This document shows positions 42,794 through 58,000 of a stretch of 64,000 bases of DNA, one piece after another (positions within the stretch are counted from its first letter, which is position 1; the number at the start of each line of letters is the position of its first letter). The position numbers and the translations under genes are program-made. This DNA is from the human T2T-CHM13v2.0 reference genome, Homo sapiens. Under the pieces are notes generated by a model. The model was not told the DNA's origin, made no database searches, and was given only the letters and a program-made list of their open reading frames with translations. The stretch lies in assembly GCF_009914755.1 (NCBI RefSeq), contig NC_060940.1. One strand, given 5' to 3'.

Positions 42794-45700
42794 ATTCTAT
42801 TCCATTCGATGATGATTCCATTCGAGTCCATTCGATGATTCCATTCGAGTCCATTTAATGATTCCATTGGGTTCAATTCAATGATGATTACATTGGATTC
42901 CGTTCTATGATTCCATTCAATTCCGTTCATTGACAATTTGATTCCATTCGATGATGATTCCATTTGAGTTCATTCGATGATTCTATTCGATTCTCTTCGA
43001 TGGTGATTCAATTCTATTATATTGGATGATTCCATTCGATTCCATTTGATGTTGATTCAATTCGATTCTATTCGATGATGATTCCATTGGATTTCACTTG
43101 ATGATTCTATTCGATTCCATTCAATGATGATTCACTTCTCGTCCATTGGATGATTCCATTTCATTCCATTCGATGATGATTCCATTCGATTCCATTCGAT
43201 GATTCCATTTGATTCCATGCGTCGGTGAACAATTCGATTCAATTCCATGATGATTCTATTTGATTCAATTAGATGATGTTTCCATTCGAATCCATTCCAT
43301 GATTATTCCATTGGAATCCATTCGGCGATGATTCCATATGAGTCAATTCAATGATGATTCCATATGGGTCCGTTCGATGATAATTCCATTTGATTTCATT
43401 CGATGCTTCTATTCTATTCCAGTCGATGATGATTCCGTTGGAGTCCATACGATGATTCCATTTGATTTCATTTGATGATGATTCCATTCGATGATGATTA
43501 CATTGGATTCCATTCTATGATTCCATTCAATTCCATTCGTTGATGATTCGATTCCATTCAATGATGATTCCATTTGAGTTCATTCGATGATTCTATTCGA
43601 TTCCGTTCGATGGTGATTCAATTCTCTTATATTGGATGATTCCAGACGATTCCATTTGATGATTATTCCATTGGAATCCACTTAGTGAATCCTTTGGATT
43701 CTACTCGACGATGATTCCATTGGAGTCCATTCGATGATACCATTCAATTCCATTCGTTGATGCTTCCATTCAAGTGCATTCGATGATATCATTCGATTCC
43801 ATTTGATGATAATTCCATTTGATTCCATGCGATGATTCTATTCGATTCCATTCAATGATAATTCCATTCAATTCAGTGATTCCTCTGGACTCCATTTGAT
43901 GATGATTCCATTCAATGATTCCATTCGATTCTATTCGAAAATGATTCCATTTGAATCCATTTGATGATGATTCCATTAGATTCCATTTGATGATTCCATT
44001 CGATTCCATTCGACGATGATTCCATTCGATTCCGTTTGATGATTCCATTCTATTCTATTCGATGATGATTCCATTCGATTCCATTCGATGATGATTGGAT
44101 TCGATTCCATTTGATGATTTCATTTGATTCCATTCGTTAATGATTTCGATCAATTCCATTCGATGATTCCATTCGATTCCATTCGATAATGATTACATCC
44201 GAGTCCATTCGATGATTCCATTTGAGCCTGTTCGATAATTCCATTTGAGTCCAACCAATGATTCCATTCATTTCCATTCAATGATTCCATTCGAGTCCAT
44301 TTGATCATTCCGGTAGGGTCCATTCGATGTTGATTCCATTGGAGTGCATTCGATGATTCCATTCGAGTCCATTTTAGGATTTGATTCGAGTCCTTTCGAT
44401 GATTCCATTCGATTCCACTCGATGATGATTTCATTCGAGTCCATTCGACACTTCCAATCGATTCCATTTGATGATTCCATTCGAGTCCAATTGATGATTC
44501 CATTCAATTCCATTCGATGATGATTCCGTACGATTCCATTCTGTGATGATTCCATGTGATTGCATTCAATGATGATTCCTTTCGATTGCATTCGATTATG
44601 ATTCATTTCGTGTTCATTCTATGGTTCCACAGGTTTCCATTCGTGTCCATTCCATTATTCCATTCTATTCCATTTGATGATGATTCCATTCGATTCCATT
44701 CATTGGTGATTCCACTCAATTCCATTCAATGATTCCATTCCATTTCTTTCAACAATGATTCCATTAGTTTCTAATCGATGATCCACTTGATTCCATTTGA
44801 CGACGATTCCATTCTTGTCCATTCGATGATTCCATTTGATTCCATATGATGATGATTCCATTCGATTCCATACCATGATGATTCCATTCGAGTCCATTCA
44901 ATGGTGATTCCATTCAATTCCATTCGATGATTCCTTTTGATTCCATTCGATGATGATGGCATTCGATTCCTTTCAATCATTCCCTTTGATTCCATTCAAA
45001 GGTGATTTCATTCAAGTCCATTCGATAATTGCATTCGATTCCATTCTATGATGATTCCATTCGAGTCCATTTGATGATTCCATTCAATTCAAGTCAATGA
45101 TGATTCCATTCCATTCCATTCGATGATTCCATTGGATTCCATTCGATGATGATTCCATTCAAATCCATTCGATAATTCAATTCAAGTCCATTCGATGATG
45201 ATTCCAATCGAATCCATTCAAAGATTCCATTCAGTTCCATTCGATGATTCCCTTAGATTCCATTCGATGATTCCACTTGATTGCATTTACGATGATTCCA
45301 TTCGATTCCATGTGATGATTCCATTCAATTCTATTCAATGATGTGTCCATTTGATTCCATTCGACCATGATTGCCTTTGATTCCATTCAATGATTCCATT
45401 CGGTTCCTTTTGAGGATGATTCCGTTCGATTCCATTTGATGATTCCATTTGATTCCATTGGATGAGTCCATTCGATTACATTCGATGATTATTCCATTCA
45501 AGTGCATTAGATGATTCCATTCGAGTCCATTCGATGATTCCATTCGATTCCATTCGATGTTGATTCTGTTCAAATCCATTCGATGATTCCACTCGATTCC
45601 ATTCGTTGACTCCATTTGATCCCATTCGATGATTTCCTTTGATTCCCTTTGATGATCATTCCATTTGATTCAATTCGGTGATTTCATTTGATTCCATTCA

Positions 45701-48700
45701 GTGATGTTTCCATTCGACTCCATTCGATGATGATTCCATTCGACTCCATTCGATTATGATTTCATTCAATTCCATTCGATAATGATTCCCTTCGAGTCCA
45801 TTCGATGATTCCATTCGATTCCATTCAACGATGATTTGATTCGTGTCCATTCGATGATTCCATTTGATTCCACTTGATGATGATTCCATTCGAGTCCATT
45901 TGATGATTCCATTCAATTCCATACTCCGATGATTTCTTTTGAGCCCACTCAATGCTTCCACTCGATTCCATATGATGATGACTCCATTCGATGAAATTCG
46001 ATGATGATTCCATTCGCTTGCTTTCGATGATGATTCCACTTGAGTCCGTTAGAAGATTCTATTCAATTACATTCCATGACGATTCCGTTCGAGTCCATTT
46101 GATGATTCCATTAGACTCCATTCGACGATGATTCCATTCGATGTTATTCGATGATTCCATTCGATCTCATTCGATGATGATTCCATTCAACTCCATTCGA
46201 TGTTTCCATTCGAGTTCATTCTATTATTCCATTAGATTCCATTCGATGATGATTCCATTCGATTCCATTTGATGATTGCATTCTATTTCATTTGATGATG
46301 ATTCCATTCGAGTCCACTCGATGATTCCATTCGAGTCCATTTAATGAATCCATTGGTTTCGATTCTATGATGATTACTTTGGATTCCATTCGTTGATGAT
46401 TTCATTCGGTTCCATTCAATGATGATTCCATTCAATTCCTTTCAATGTTTCCATTCAATTCCATACGATGATGATTCCATTTGATTTGATTCGACAGTGA
46501 GCCATTCGATTCAATTCCATGATGATTCTATTTGATTCAATTGGTTGACATTTCCATTCGATTCCATTCGATGATGATTCCCTTTGATTCCGTTCAAAGA
46601 TGATTCCATTCTAGCCCATTCAATCATTCCATTCGATTCTATTCAATGATGATTCCATTCATGTCGATTTGGTGATTCCATTTGACTTCATTTGATGATG
46701 ATTCCTTTCAAGTTCATTAGATGATTCCATTCGATTCCATTTGATGATGATCCCATTCGAGTCCATTCAGTGATTCCATTCGTTTCCATTCCATGATGAT
46801 TCCATTCCTTTCCATTCAATGATTCCATTCGATTCCGTTTGATGATGATTTCATTCGAGTCCATTTGATGATTCCATTTGATTCCATTCGATGATGATTC
46901 CATTCGAGTCCATTCGATGATTCTATTCGAATCCATTTGATGATTTCTTTTGATTATATTTGGTGATGATTCCATTGGAGTCCATTCAATGATTCCATTC
47001 TATTCCAATCGATGATGATTCCATTAGAGTCCATTTAATGTTTCCATTTGATTCCAGTCTCTGATGATTACATTCGAGTCCATACGATGATTCCACTCAA
47101 TTCCATATGATGATGATTCCATTTGATTCCATTCGGTGATTCCATTCTATTCTATTCAATGGTGATTCCATTCGAGTACATTAGATGATTCCATTCGATT
47201 CCATTCAATGATGATTCTATTTGTGTCCCTTAGATGATTCCACATGATTCCATTAGATGATGATACTATTTGAGCCCATCCAATGATTCCCTTCGATTCC
47301 ATTCGATGAGGATTCCATTCGATTCAATTCATTGGTGATTCTATTCAATTCAATTCTTTGATTCCATTCCATTCCATTCGACAATGATTCCATTCGATTT
47401 CTTTCGATGATTCCACTCGATTCCACTTGACATTGATTCCATTCGATTCCATTCAATGATTCCATTTGATTCCAGTGGATGATGATTGCCATCGATTCCA
47501 TTCGATCACTCCATTCTATTCCATTTGATGATGATTACATTCGATTCCATTTGATGATTCCATCTGATTCTATTCGAGGATTCCATTTGATTCCATTCGA
47601 TGATGATTCCATTCGAGTCCATTCGATGATTTCATTCGAGTACATCCAATGATTCCATTCGAGTCCATTAGATGATTCCATTTGATTCCATTTGAAAATG
47701 ATTCTACTAGAGTCCATTCAATGACTCCATTCGAGTCCATTCAACAATTCCATTCGACTCCATTCGATGATTCCATTCGATTCCATTTGATGGTTCCATT
47801 CGAGTCCATTTAATCATTACAGTCGAGTCCATTTGGTGATTCCACTGGATTTCCTTTGATAATGATACCATTCAATTACATTTGATGATGATCCCATTCA
47901 ATTTCATTTGATGATGATTCCATTAGAGTCCATTCGATGATTTCATTCGAGTCCCTTCATTGATTCCATCCGATTTCATTGGATGATGACTCCATTCGAG
48001 TCCATTCGATGATTCCACTCGATTCCATTAGATGACTCCATTGGAGTCCATTTGATTGTTCCATTCGATTCCATTCGATTCCTTTCGAAGATTATTCCAT
48101 TTGAGTCCATTCGATGATGATTCCATTCCATTCCATTCGATGATTCCGTTTGATTCCATTCGATGATTCCCTTCGATTCCTTTCTTTGATGATTCCATTC
48201 CATTCCATTCAATGATTCCATTCGAATCTATTCCATGATGATTCCTTTCGATTCCATTCGCTGATGTTTCCGTTCAATTCCATTCGATGATGATTCCATT
48301 CGATTCCATTCATTGAGGATTCCATTTGATTCCATTCAATGATGATTCCATTCTATTCCATTCAATGATTGCATTCAATTCCATTCAATGATTATCCCAT
48401 TAGAGTAAACTCAACGATTCCATTCAATACCATTCGATGATGATTCCTTTTGAGTCCATTCAATGATTTCATTCAAGTCCATTTGATGATTCCTTTCAAT
48501 TCCATTCTATGATGATTCCATTCGAGTCCATTCGATGATTCCATTCGATTGCATTCGATGATTCCATTATATTCCATTCAACGATGATTCCATTCGAGTC
48601 CATTCGATGATTCCATTAGAGTACATTTAATGATTGCTTTGTTTTCAATTCGAAGATGATTACATTCGATTCCATTCTATGATACCATTCGATTCCATTC

Positions 48701-48905
48701 AATGATGACTCCACTCAAATCCATTGGATGATTCCAATCGTGTCCATTCGGTGATTTCATTAGATTCCATTCGAGGATGATTCCATTCGATTCCATTCGA
48801 TGATTCCATTCAATTCCATTCGATGATGATTCCATTCCAGTCCATATGATCATTCCATTTGATTTCATTCGATGATGATTCCATTCGATTCCATTCGACG
48901 ATTCC
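42794..48905 (+). repeat. Monomer M8 (6,112 bp), A-type sharing rare alleles with M1
   Basis: GTCGGTGAAC 43221, ATGTGTCC 45341, CCTTTTGAGG ~45406, TTCCAATCGTG ~48732. Confidence 0.9.
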
Positions 48906-51900
48906 ATTCTATTCCATTCGATGATGATTCCATTCGAGTCCATTCGATGATTCCATTCGAGTCCATTTAATGATTCCATTGGTTTCAATTCAAGATGATT
49001 ACATTGGATTCCGTTCTATGATTCCATTCAATTCCGTTCATTGACAATTTGATTCCATTCGATGATGATTCCATTTGAGTTCATTCGATGATTCTATTCG
49101 ATTCTCTTCGATGGTGATTCAATTCTATTATATTGGATGATTCCATTCGATTCCATTTGATGTTGATTCAATTCGATTCTATTCGATGATGATTCCATTG
49201 GATTTCACTTGATGATTCTATTCGATTCCATTCAATGATGATTCACTTCTCGTCCATTGGATGATTCCATTTCATTCCATTCGATGATGATTCCATTCGA
49301 TTCCATTCGATGATTCCATTTGATTCCATGCGACGGTGAGCAATTCGATTCAATTCCATGATGATTCTATTTGATTCAATTAGATGATGTTTCCATTCGA
49401 ATCCATTCCATGATTATTCCATTGGAATCCATTCGGCGATGATTCCATATGAGTCAATTCAATGATGATTGCATATGGGTCCGTTCGATGATAATTCCAT
49501 TTGATTTCATTCGATGCTTCTATTCTATTCCAGTCGATGATGATTCCGTTGGAGTCCATACGATGATTCCACTTGATTTCATTTCATGATGATTCCATTC
49601 GATGACGATTACATTGGATTCCATTCTATGATTCCATTCAATTCCATTCGTTGATGATTCGATTCCATTCAATGATGATTCCATTTGAGTTCATTCGATG
49701 ATTCTATTCGATTCCATTCTATGGTGATTCAATTCCCTTATATTGGATGATTCGACTCGATTCCATTTGATGAATATTCCATTGGAGTCCACTTAGTGAA
49801 TCCTTTAGATTCTACTCGACGATGATTCCATTCGAGTCCATTCGATGATACCATTCAATTCCATTCGTTGATGCTTCCATTCAAGTGCATTCGATGATAT
49901 CATTCGATTCCATTTGATGATAATTCCATTTGATTCCATGCGATGATTCTATTCGATTCCATTCAATGATAATTCCATTCAATTCAGTGATTCCTCTGGA
50001 CTCCATTTGATGATGATTCCATTCAATGATTCCATTCGATTCTATTCGAAAATGATTCCATTTGAATCCATTTGATGATGATTCCATTAGATTCCATTTG
50101 ATGATTCCATTCGATTCCATTCGACGATGATTCCATTCGATTCCGTTTGATGATTCCATTCTATTCTATTCGATGATGATTCCATTCGATTCCATTCGAT
50201 GATGATTGGATTCGATTCCATTTGATGATTTCATTTGATTCCATTCGTTAATGATTTCGATCAATTCCATTCGATGATTCCATTCGATTCCATTCGATAA
50301 TGATTACATCCGAGTCCATTCGATGATTCCCTTTGAGCCTGTTCGATAATTCCATTTGAGTCCAACCAATGATTCCATTCATTTCCATTCAATGATTCCA
50401 TTCGAGTCCATTTGATCATTCCGGTAGGGTCCATTCGATGTTGATTCCATTTGAGTGCATTCGATGATTCCATTCGAGTCCATTTTAGGATTTGATTCGA
50501 GTCCTTTCGATGATTCCATTCGATTCCACTCGATGATGATTTCATTCGAGTCCATTCGACACTTCCAATCGATTCCGTTTGATGATTCCATTCGAGTCCA
50601 ATTGATGATTCCATTCAATTCCATTCGATGATGATTCCGTACGATTCCATTCTGTGATGATTCCATGTGATTGCATTCAATGCTGATTCCTTTCGATTGC
50701 ATTCGATTATGATTCATTTCGTGTTCATTCTATGGTTCCACAGGTTTCCATTCGTGTCCATTCCATTATTCCATTCTATTCCATTTGATGATGATTCCAT
50801 TCGATTCCATTCATTGGTGATTCCACTCAATTCCATTCAATGATTCCATTCCATTTCTTTCAACAATGATTCCATTAGTTTCTAATCGATGATCCACTTG
50901 ATTCCATTTGACGACGATTCCATTCTTGTCCATTCGATGATTCCATTTGATTCCATATGATGATGATTCCATTCGATTCCATACCATGATGATTCCATTC
51001 GAGTCCATTCAATGGTGATTCCATTCAATTCCATTCGATGATTCCTTTTGATTCCATTCGATGATGATGGCATTCGATTCCTTTCAATCATTCCCTTTGA
51101 TTCCATTCAAAGGTGATTTCATTCAAGTCCATTCGATAATTGCATTCGATTCCATTCTATGATGATTCCATTCGAGTCCATTTGATGATTCCATTCAATT
51201 CAAGTCAATGATGATTCCATTCGATTCCATTCGATGATTCCATTGGATTCCATTCGATGATGATTCCATTCAAATCCATTCGATAATTTAATTCAAGTCC
51301 ATTCGATGATGATTCCAATCGAATCCATTCAAAGATTCCATTCAGTTCCATTCGATGATTCCCTTAGATTCCATTCGATGATTCCACTTGATTCCATTTA
51401 CGATGATTCCATTCGATTCAATGTGATGATTCCATTCAATTCTATTCAATGGTGTCTCCATTTGATTCCATTCGACCATGATTGCCTTTGATTCCATTCA
51501 ATGATTCCATTCGGTTCCGTTTGATGATGATTCCGTTCGATTCCATTTGATGATTCCATTTGATTCCATTGGATGAGTCCATTCGATTACATTCGATGAT
51601 TATTCCATTCGAGTGCATTAGATGATTCCATTCGAGTCCATTCGATGATTCCATTCGATTCCATTCGATGTTGATTCTGTTCAAATCCATTCGATGATTC
51701 CACTCGATTCCATTCGTTGACTCCATTTGATCCCATTCGATGATTTCCTTTGATTCCCTTTGATGATCATTCCATTTGATTCAATTCGGTGATTTCATTT
51801 GATTCCATTCAGTGATGTTTCCATTCGACTCCATTCGATGATGATTCCATTCGACTCCATTCGATTATGATTTCATTCAATTCCATTCGATAATGATTCC

Positions 51901-54900
51901 CTTCGAGTCCATTCGATGATTCCATTCGATTCCATTCAACGATGATTTGATTCGTGTCCATTCGATGATTCCATTTGATTCCACTTGATGATGATTCCAT
52001 TCGAGTCCATTTGATGATTCCATTCAATTCCATACTCCGATGATTTCTTTTGAGCCCACTCAATGCTTCCACTCGATTCCATATGATGATGACTCCATTC
52101 GATGAAATTCGATGATGATTCCATTCGCTTGCTTTCGATGATGATTCCACTTGAGTCCGTTAGAAGATTCTATTCAATTACATTCCATGACGATTCCGTT
52201 CGAGTCCATTTGATGATTCCATTAGACTCCATTCGACGATGATTCCATTCGATGTTATTCGATGATTCCATTCGATCTCATTCGATGATGATTCCATTCA
52301 ACTCCATTCGATGTTTCCATTCGAGTTCATTCTATTATTCCATTAGATTCCATTCGATGATGATTCCATTCGATTCCATTTGATGATTGCATTCTATTTC
52401 ATTTGATGATGATTCCATTCGAGTCCACTCGATGATTCCATTCGAGTCCATTTAATGAATCCATTGGTTTCGATTCTATGATGATAACATTGGATTCCAT
52501 TCGTTGATGATTTCATTCGGTTCCATTCAATGATGATTCCATTCAATTCCTTTCAATGTTTCCATTCAATTCCATACGATGATGATTCCATTTGATTTGA
52601 TTCGACAGTGAGCCATTCGATTCAATTCCATGATGATTCTATTTGATTCAATTGGTTGACATTTCCATTCGATTCCATTCGATGATGATTCCCTTTGATT
52701 CCGTTCAAAGATGATTCCATTCTAGCCCATTCAATCATTCCATTCGATTCTATTCAATGATGATTCCATTCATGTCGATTTGGTGATTCCATTTGACTTC
52801 ATTTGATGATGATTCCTTTCAAGTTCATTAGATGATTCCATTCGATTCCATTTGATGATGATCCCATTCGAGTCCATTCAGTGATTCCATTCGTTTCCAT
52901 TCCATGATGATTCCATTCCTTTCCATTCAATGATTCCATTCGATTCCGTTTGATGATAATTTCATTCGAGTCCATTTGATGATTCCATTTGATTCCATTC
53001 GATGATGATTCCATTCGAGTCCATTCGATGATTCTATTCGAATCCATTTGATGATTTCTTTTGATTATATTTGGTGATGATTCCATTGGAGTCCATTCAA
53101 TGATTCCATTCTATTCCAATCGATGATGATTCCATTAGAGTCCATTTAATGATTCCATTTGATTCCAGTCTCTGATGATTACATTCGAGTCCATACGATG
53201 ATTCCACTCAATTCCATATGATGATGATTCCATTCGATTCCATTCGGTGATTCCATTCTATTCTATTCAATGGTGATTCCATTCGAGTACATTAGATGAT
53301 TCCATTCGATTCCATTCAATGATGATTCTATTTGTGTCCCTTAGATGATTCCACATGATTCCATTAGATGATGATACTATTTGAGCCCATCCAATGATTC
53401 CCTTCGATTCCATTCGATGAGGATTCCATTCGATTCAATTCATTGGTGATTCTATTCAATTCAATTATTTGATTCCATTCCATTCCATTCGACAATGATT
53501 CCATTCGATTTCTTTCGATGATTCCACTCGATTCCACTTGACATTGATTCCATTCGATTCCATTCAATGATTCCATTTGATTCCAGTGGATGATGATTGC
53601 CATCGATTCCATTCGATCACTCCATTCTATTCCATTTGATGATGATTACATTCGATTCCATTTGATGATTCCATCTGATTCTATTCGAGGATTCCATTTG
53701 ATTCCATTCGATGATGATTCCATTCGAGTCCATTCGATGATTTCATTCGAGTACATCCAATGATTCCATTCGAGTCCATTAGATGATTCCATTTGATTCC
53801 ATTTGAAAATGATTCTACTAGAGTCCATTCAATGACTCCATTCGAGTCCATTCAACAATTCCATTCGACTCCATTCGATGATTCCATTCGATTCCATTTG
53901 ATGGTTCCATTCGAGTCCATTTAATCATTACAGTCGAGTCCATTTGGTGATTCCACTGGATTTCTTTTGATAATGATACCATTCAATTACATTTGATGAT
54001 GATCCCATTCAATTTCATTTGATGATGATTCCATTAGACTCCATTCGATGATTTCATTCGAGGCCCTTCATTGATTCCATCCGATTTCATTGGATGATGA
54101 CTCCATTCGAGTCCATTCGATGATTCCACTCGATTCCATTAGATGATTACATTGGAGTCCATTTGATTGTTCCATTCGATTCCATTCGATTCCTTTCGAA
54201 GATTATTCCATTTGAGTCCATTCGACGATGATTCCATTCCATTCCATTCGATGATTCCGTTTGATTCCATTCGATGATTCCCTTAGATTCCTTTCTGTGA
54301 TGATTCCATTCCATTCCATTCAATGATTCCATTCGAATCTATTCCATGATGATTCCTTTCGATTCCATTCGCTGATGTTTCCGTTCAATTCCATTCGATG
54401 ATGATTCCATTCGATTCCATTCATTGAGGATTCCATTTGATTCCATTCAATGATGATTCCATTCTATTCCATTCAATGATTGCATTCAATTCCATTCAAT
54501 GATTATCCCCTTAGAGTAAACTCAACGATTCCATTCAATACCATTCGATGATGATTCCTTTTGAGTCCATTCAATGATTTCATTCAAGTCCATTTGATGA
54601 TTCCTTTCAATTCCATTCTATGATGATTCCATTCGAGTCCATTCGATGATTCCATTCGATTGCATTCGATGATTCCATTATATTCCATTCAACGGTGATT
54701 CCATTCGAGTCCATTCCATGATTCCATTAGAGTACATTTAATGATTGCTTTGTTTTCAATTCGAAGATGATTACATTGGATTCCATTCTATGATACCATT
54801 CGATTCCATTCAATGATGATTCCACTCAAATCCATTGGATGATTCCATTCGTGTCCATTCGGTGATTTCATTAGATTCCATTCGAGGATGATTCCATTCG

Positions 54901-55016
54901 ATTCCATTCGATGATTCTATTCAATTCCATTCGATGATGATTCCATTCCAGTCCATATGATCATTCCATTTGATTTCATTCGATGATGATTCCATTCGAT
55001 TTCATTCGATGATTCC
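48906..55016 (+). repeat. Monomer M9 (6,111 bp), B-type with the same 1-bp deletion as M2
   Basis: GGTTTCAATTCAAGATG 48981, + strand 61-aa ORF at 51306, GAGGCC 54060. Confidence 0.9.
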
Positions 55017-58000
55017 ATTCTATTCCATTCGATGATGATTCCATTCGAGTCCATTCGATGATTCCATTCGAGTCCATTTAATGATTCCATTGGGTTCAAT
55101 TCAATGATGATTACATTGGATTCCGTTCTATGATTCCATTCAATTCCGTTCATTGACAATTTGATTCCATTCGATGATGATTCCATTTGAGTTCATTCGA
55201 TGATTCTATTCGATTCTCTTCGATGGTGATTCAATTCTATTATATTGGATGATTCCATTCGATTCCATTTGATGTTGATTCAATTCGATTCTATTCGATG
55301 ATGATTCCATTGGATTTCACTTGATGATTCTATTCGATTCCATTCAATGATGATTCACTTCTCGTCCATTGGATGATTCCATTTCATTCCATTCGATGAT
55401 GATTCCATTCGATTCCATTCGATGATTCCATTTGATTCCATGCGTCGGTGAACAATTCGATTCAATTCCATGATGATTCTATTTGATTCAATTAGATGAT
55501 GTTTCCATTCGAATCCATTCCATGATTATTCCATTGGAATCCATTCGGCGATGATTCCATATGAGTCAATTCAATGATGATTCCATATGGGTCCGTTCGA
55601 TGATAATTCCATTTGATTTCATTCGATGCTTCTATTCTATTCCAGTCGATGATGATTCCGTTGGAGTCCATACGATGATTCCATTTGATTTCATTTGATG
55701 ATGATTCCATTCGATGATGATTACATTGGATTCCATTCTATGATTCCATTCAATTCCATTCGTTGATGATTCGATTCCATTCAATGATGATTCCATTTGA
55801 GTTCATTCGATGATTCTATTCGATTCCGTTCGATGGTGATTCAATTCTCTTATATTGGATGATTCCAGACGATTCCATTTGATGATTATTCCATTGGAAT
55901 CCACTTAGTGAATCCTTTGGATTCTACTCGACGATGATTCCATTGGAGTCCATTCGATGATACCATTCAATTCCATTCGTTGATGCTTCCATTCAAGTGC
56001 ATTCGATGATATCATTCGATTCCATTTGATGATAATTCCATTTGATTCCATGCGATGATTCTATTCGATTCCATTCAATGATAATTCCATTCAATTCAGT
56101 GATTCCTCTGGACTCCATTTGATGATGATTCCATTCAATGATTCCATTCGATTCTATTCGAAAATGATTCCATTTGAATCCATTTGATGATGATTCCATT
56201 AGATTCCATTTGATGATTCCATTCGATTCCATTCGACGATGATTCCATTCGATTCCGTTTGATGATTCCATTCTATTCTATTCGATGATGATTCCATTCG
56301 ATTCCATTCGATGATGATTGGATTCGATTCCATTTGATGATTTCATTTGATTCCATTCGTTAATGATTTCGATCAATTCCATTCGATGATTCCATTCGAT
56401 TCCATTCGATAATGATTACATCCGAGTCCATTCGATGATTCCATTTGAGCCTGTTCGATAATTCCATTTGAGTCCAACCAATGATTCCATTCATTTCCAT
56501 TCAATGATTCCATTCGAGTCCATTTGATCATTCCGGTAGGGTCCATTCGATGTTGATTCCATTGGAGTGCATTCGATGATTCCATTCGAGTCCATTTTAG
56601 GATTTGATTCGAGTCCTTTCGATGATTCCATTCGATTCCACTCGATGATGATTTCATTCGAGTCCATTCGACACTTCCAATCGATTCCATTTGATGATTC
56701 CATTCGAGTCCAATTGATGATTCCATTCAATTCCATTCGATGATGATTCCGTACGATTCCATTCTGTGATGATTCCATGTGATTGCATTCAATGATGATT
56801 CCTTTCGATTGCATTCGATTATGATTCATTTCGTGTTCATTCTATGGTTCCACAGGTTTCCATTCGTGTCCATTCCATTATTCCATTCTATTCCATTTGA
56901 TGATGATTCCATTCGATTCCATTCATTGGTGATTCCACTCAATTCCATTCAATGATTCCATTCCATTTCTTTCAACAATGATTCCATTAGTTTCTAATCG
57001 ATGATCCACTTGATTCCATTTGACGACGATTCCATTCTTGTCCATTCGATGATTCCATTTGATTCCATATGATGATGATTCCATTCGATTCCATACCATG
57101 ATGATTCCATTCGAGTCCATTCAATGGTGATTCCATTCAATTCCATTCGATGATTCCTTTTGATTCCATTCGATGATGATGGCATTCGATTCCTTTCAAT
57201 CATTCCCTTTGATTCCATTCAAAGGTGATTTCATTCAAGTCCATTCGATAATTGCATTCGATTCCATTCTATGATGATTCCATTCGAGTCCATTTGATGA
57301 TTCCATTCAATTCAAGTCAATGATGATTCCATTCGATTCCATTCGATGATTCCATTGGATTCCATTCGATGATGATTCCATTCAAATCCATTCGATAATT
57401 CAATTCAAGTCCATTCGATGATGATTCCAATCGAATCCATTCAAAGATTCCATTCAGTTCCATTCGATGATTCCCTTAGATTCCATTCGATGATTCCACT
57501 TGATTGCATTTACGATGATTCCATTCGATTCCATGTGATGATTCCATTCAATTCTATTCAATGATGTCTCCATTTGATTCCATTCGACCATGATTGCCTT
57601 TGATTCTATTCAATGATTCCATTCGGTTCCGTTTGATGATGATTCCGTTCGATTCCATTTGATGATTCCATTTGATTCCATTGGATGAGTCCATTCGATT
57701 ACATTCGATGATTATTCCATTCGAGTGCATTAGATGATTCCATTCGAGTCCATTCGATGATTCCATTCGATTCCATTCGATGTTGATTCTGTTCAAATCC
57801 ATTCGATGATTCCACTCGATTCCATTCGTTGACTCCATTTGATCCCATTCGATGATTTCCTTTGATTCCCTTTGATGATCATTCCATTTGATTCAATTCG
57901 GTGATTTCATTTGATTCCATTCAGTGATGTTTCCATTCGACTCCATTCGATGATGATTCCATTCGACTCCATTCGATTATGATTTCATTCAATTCCATTC

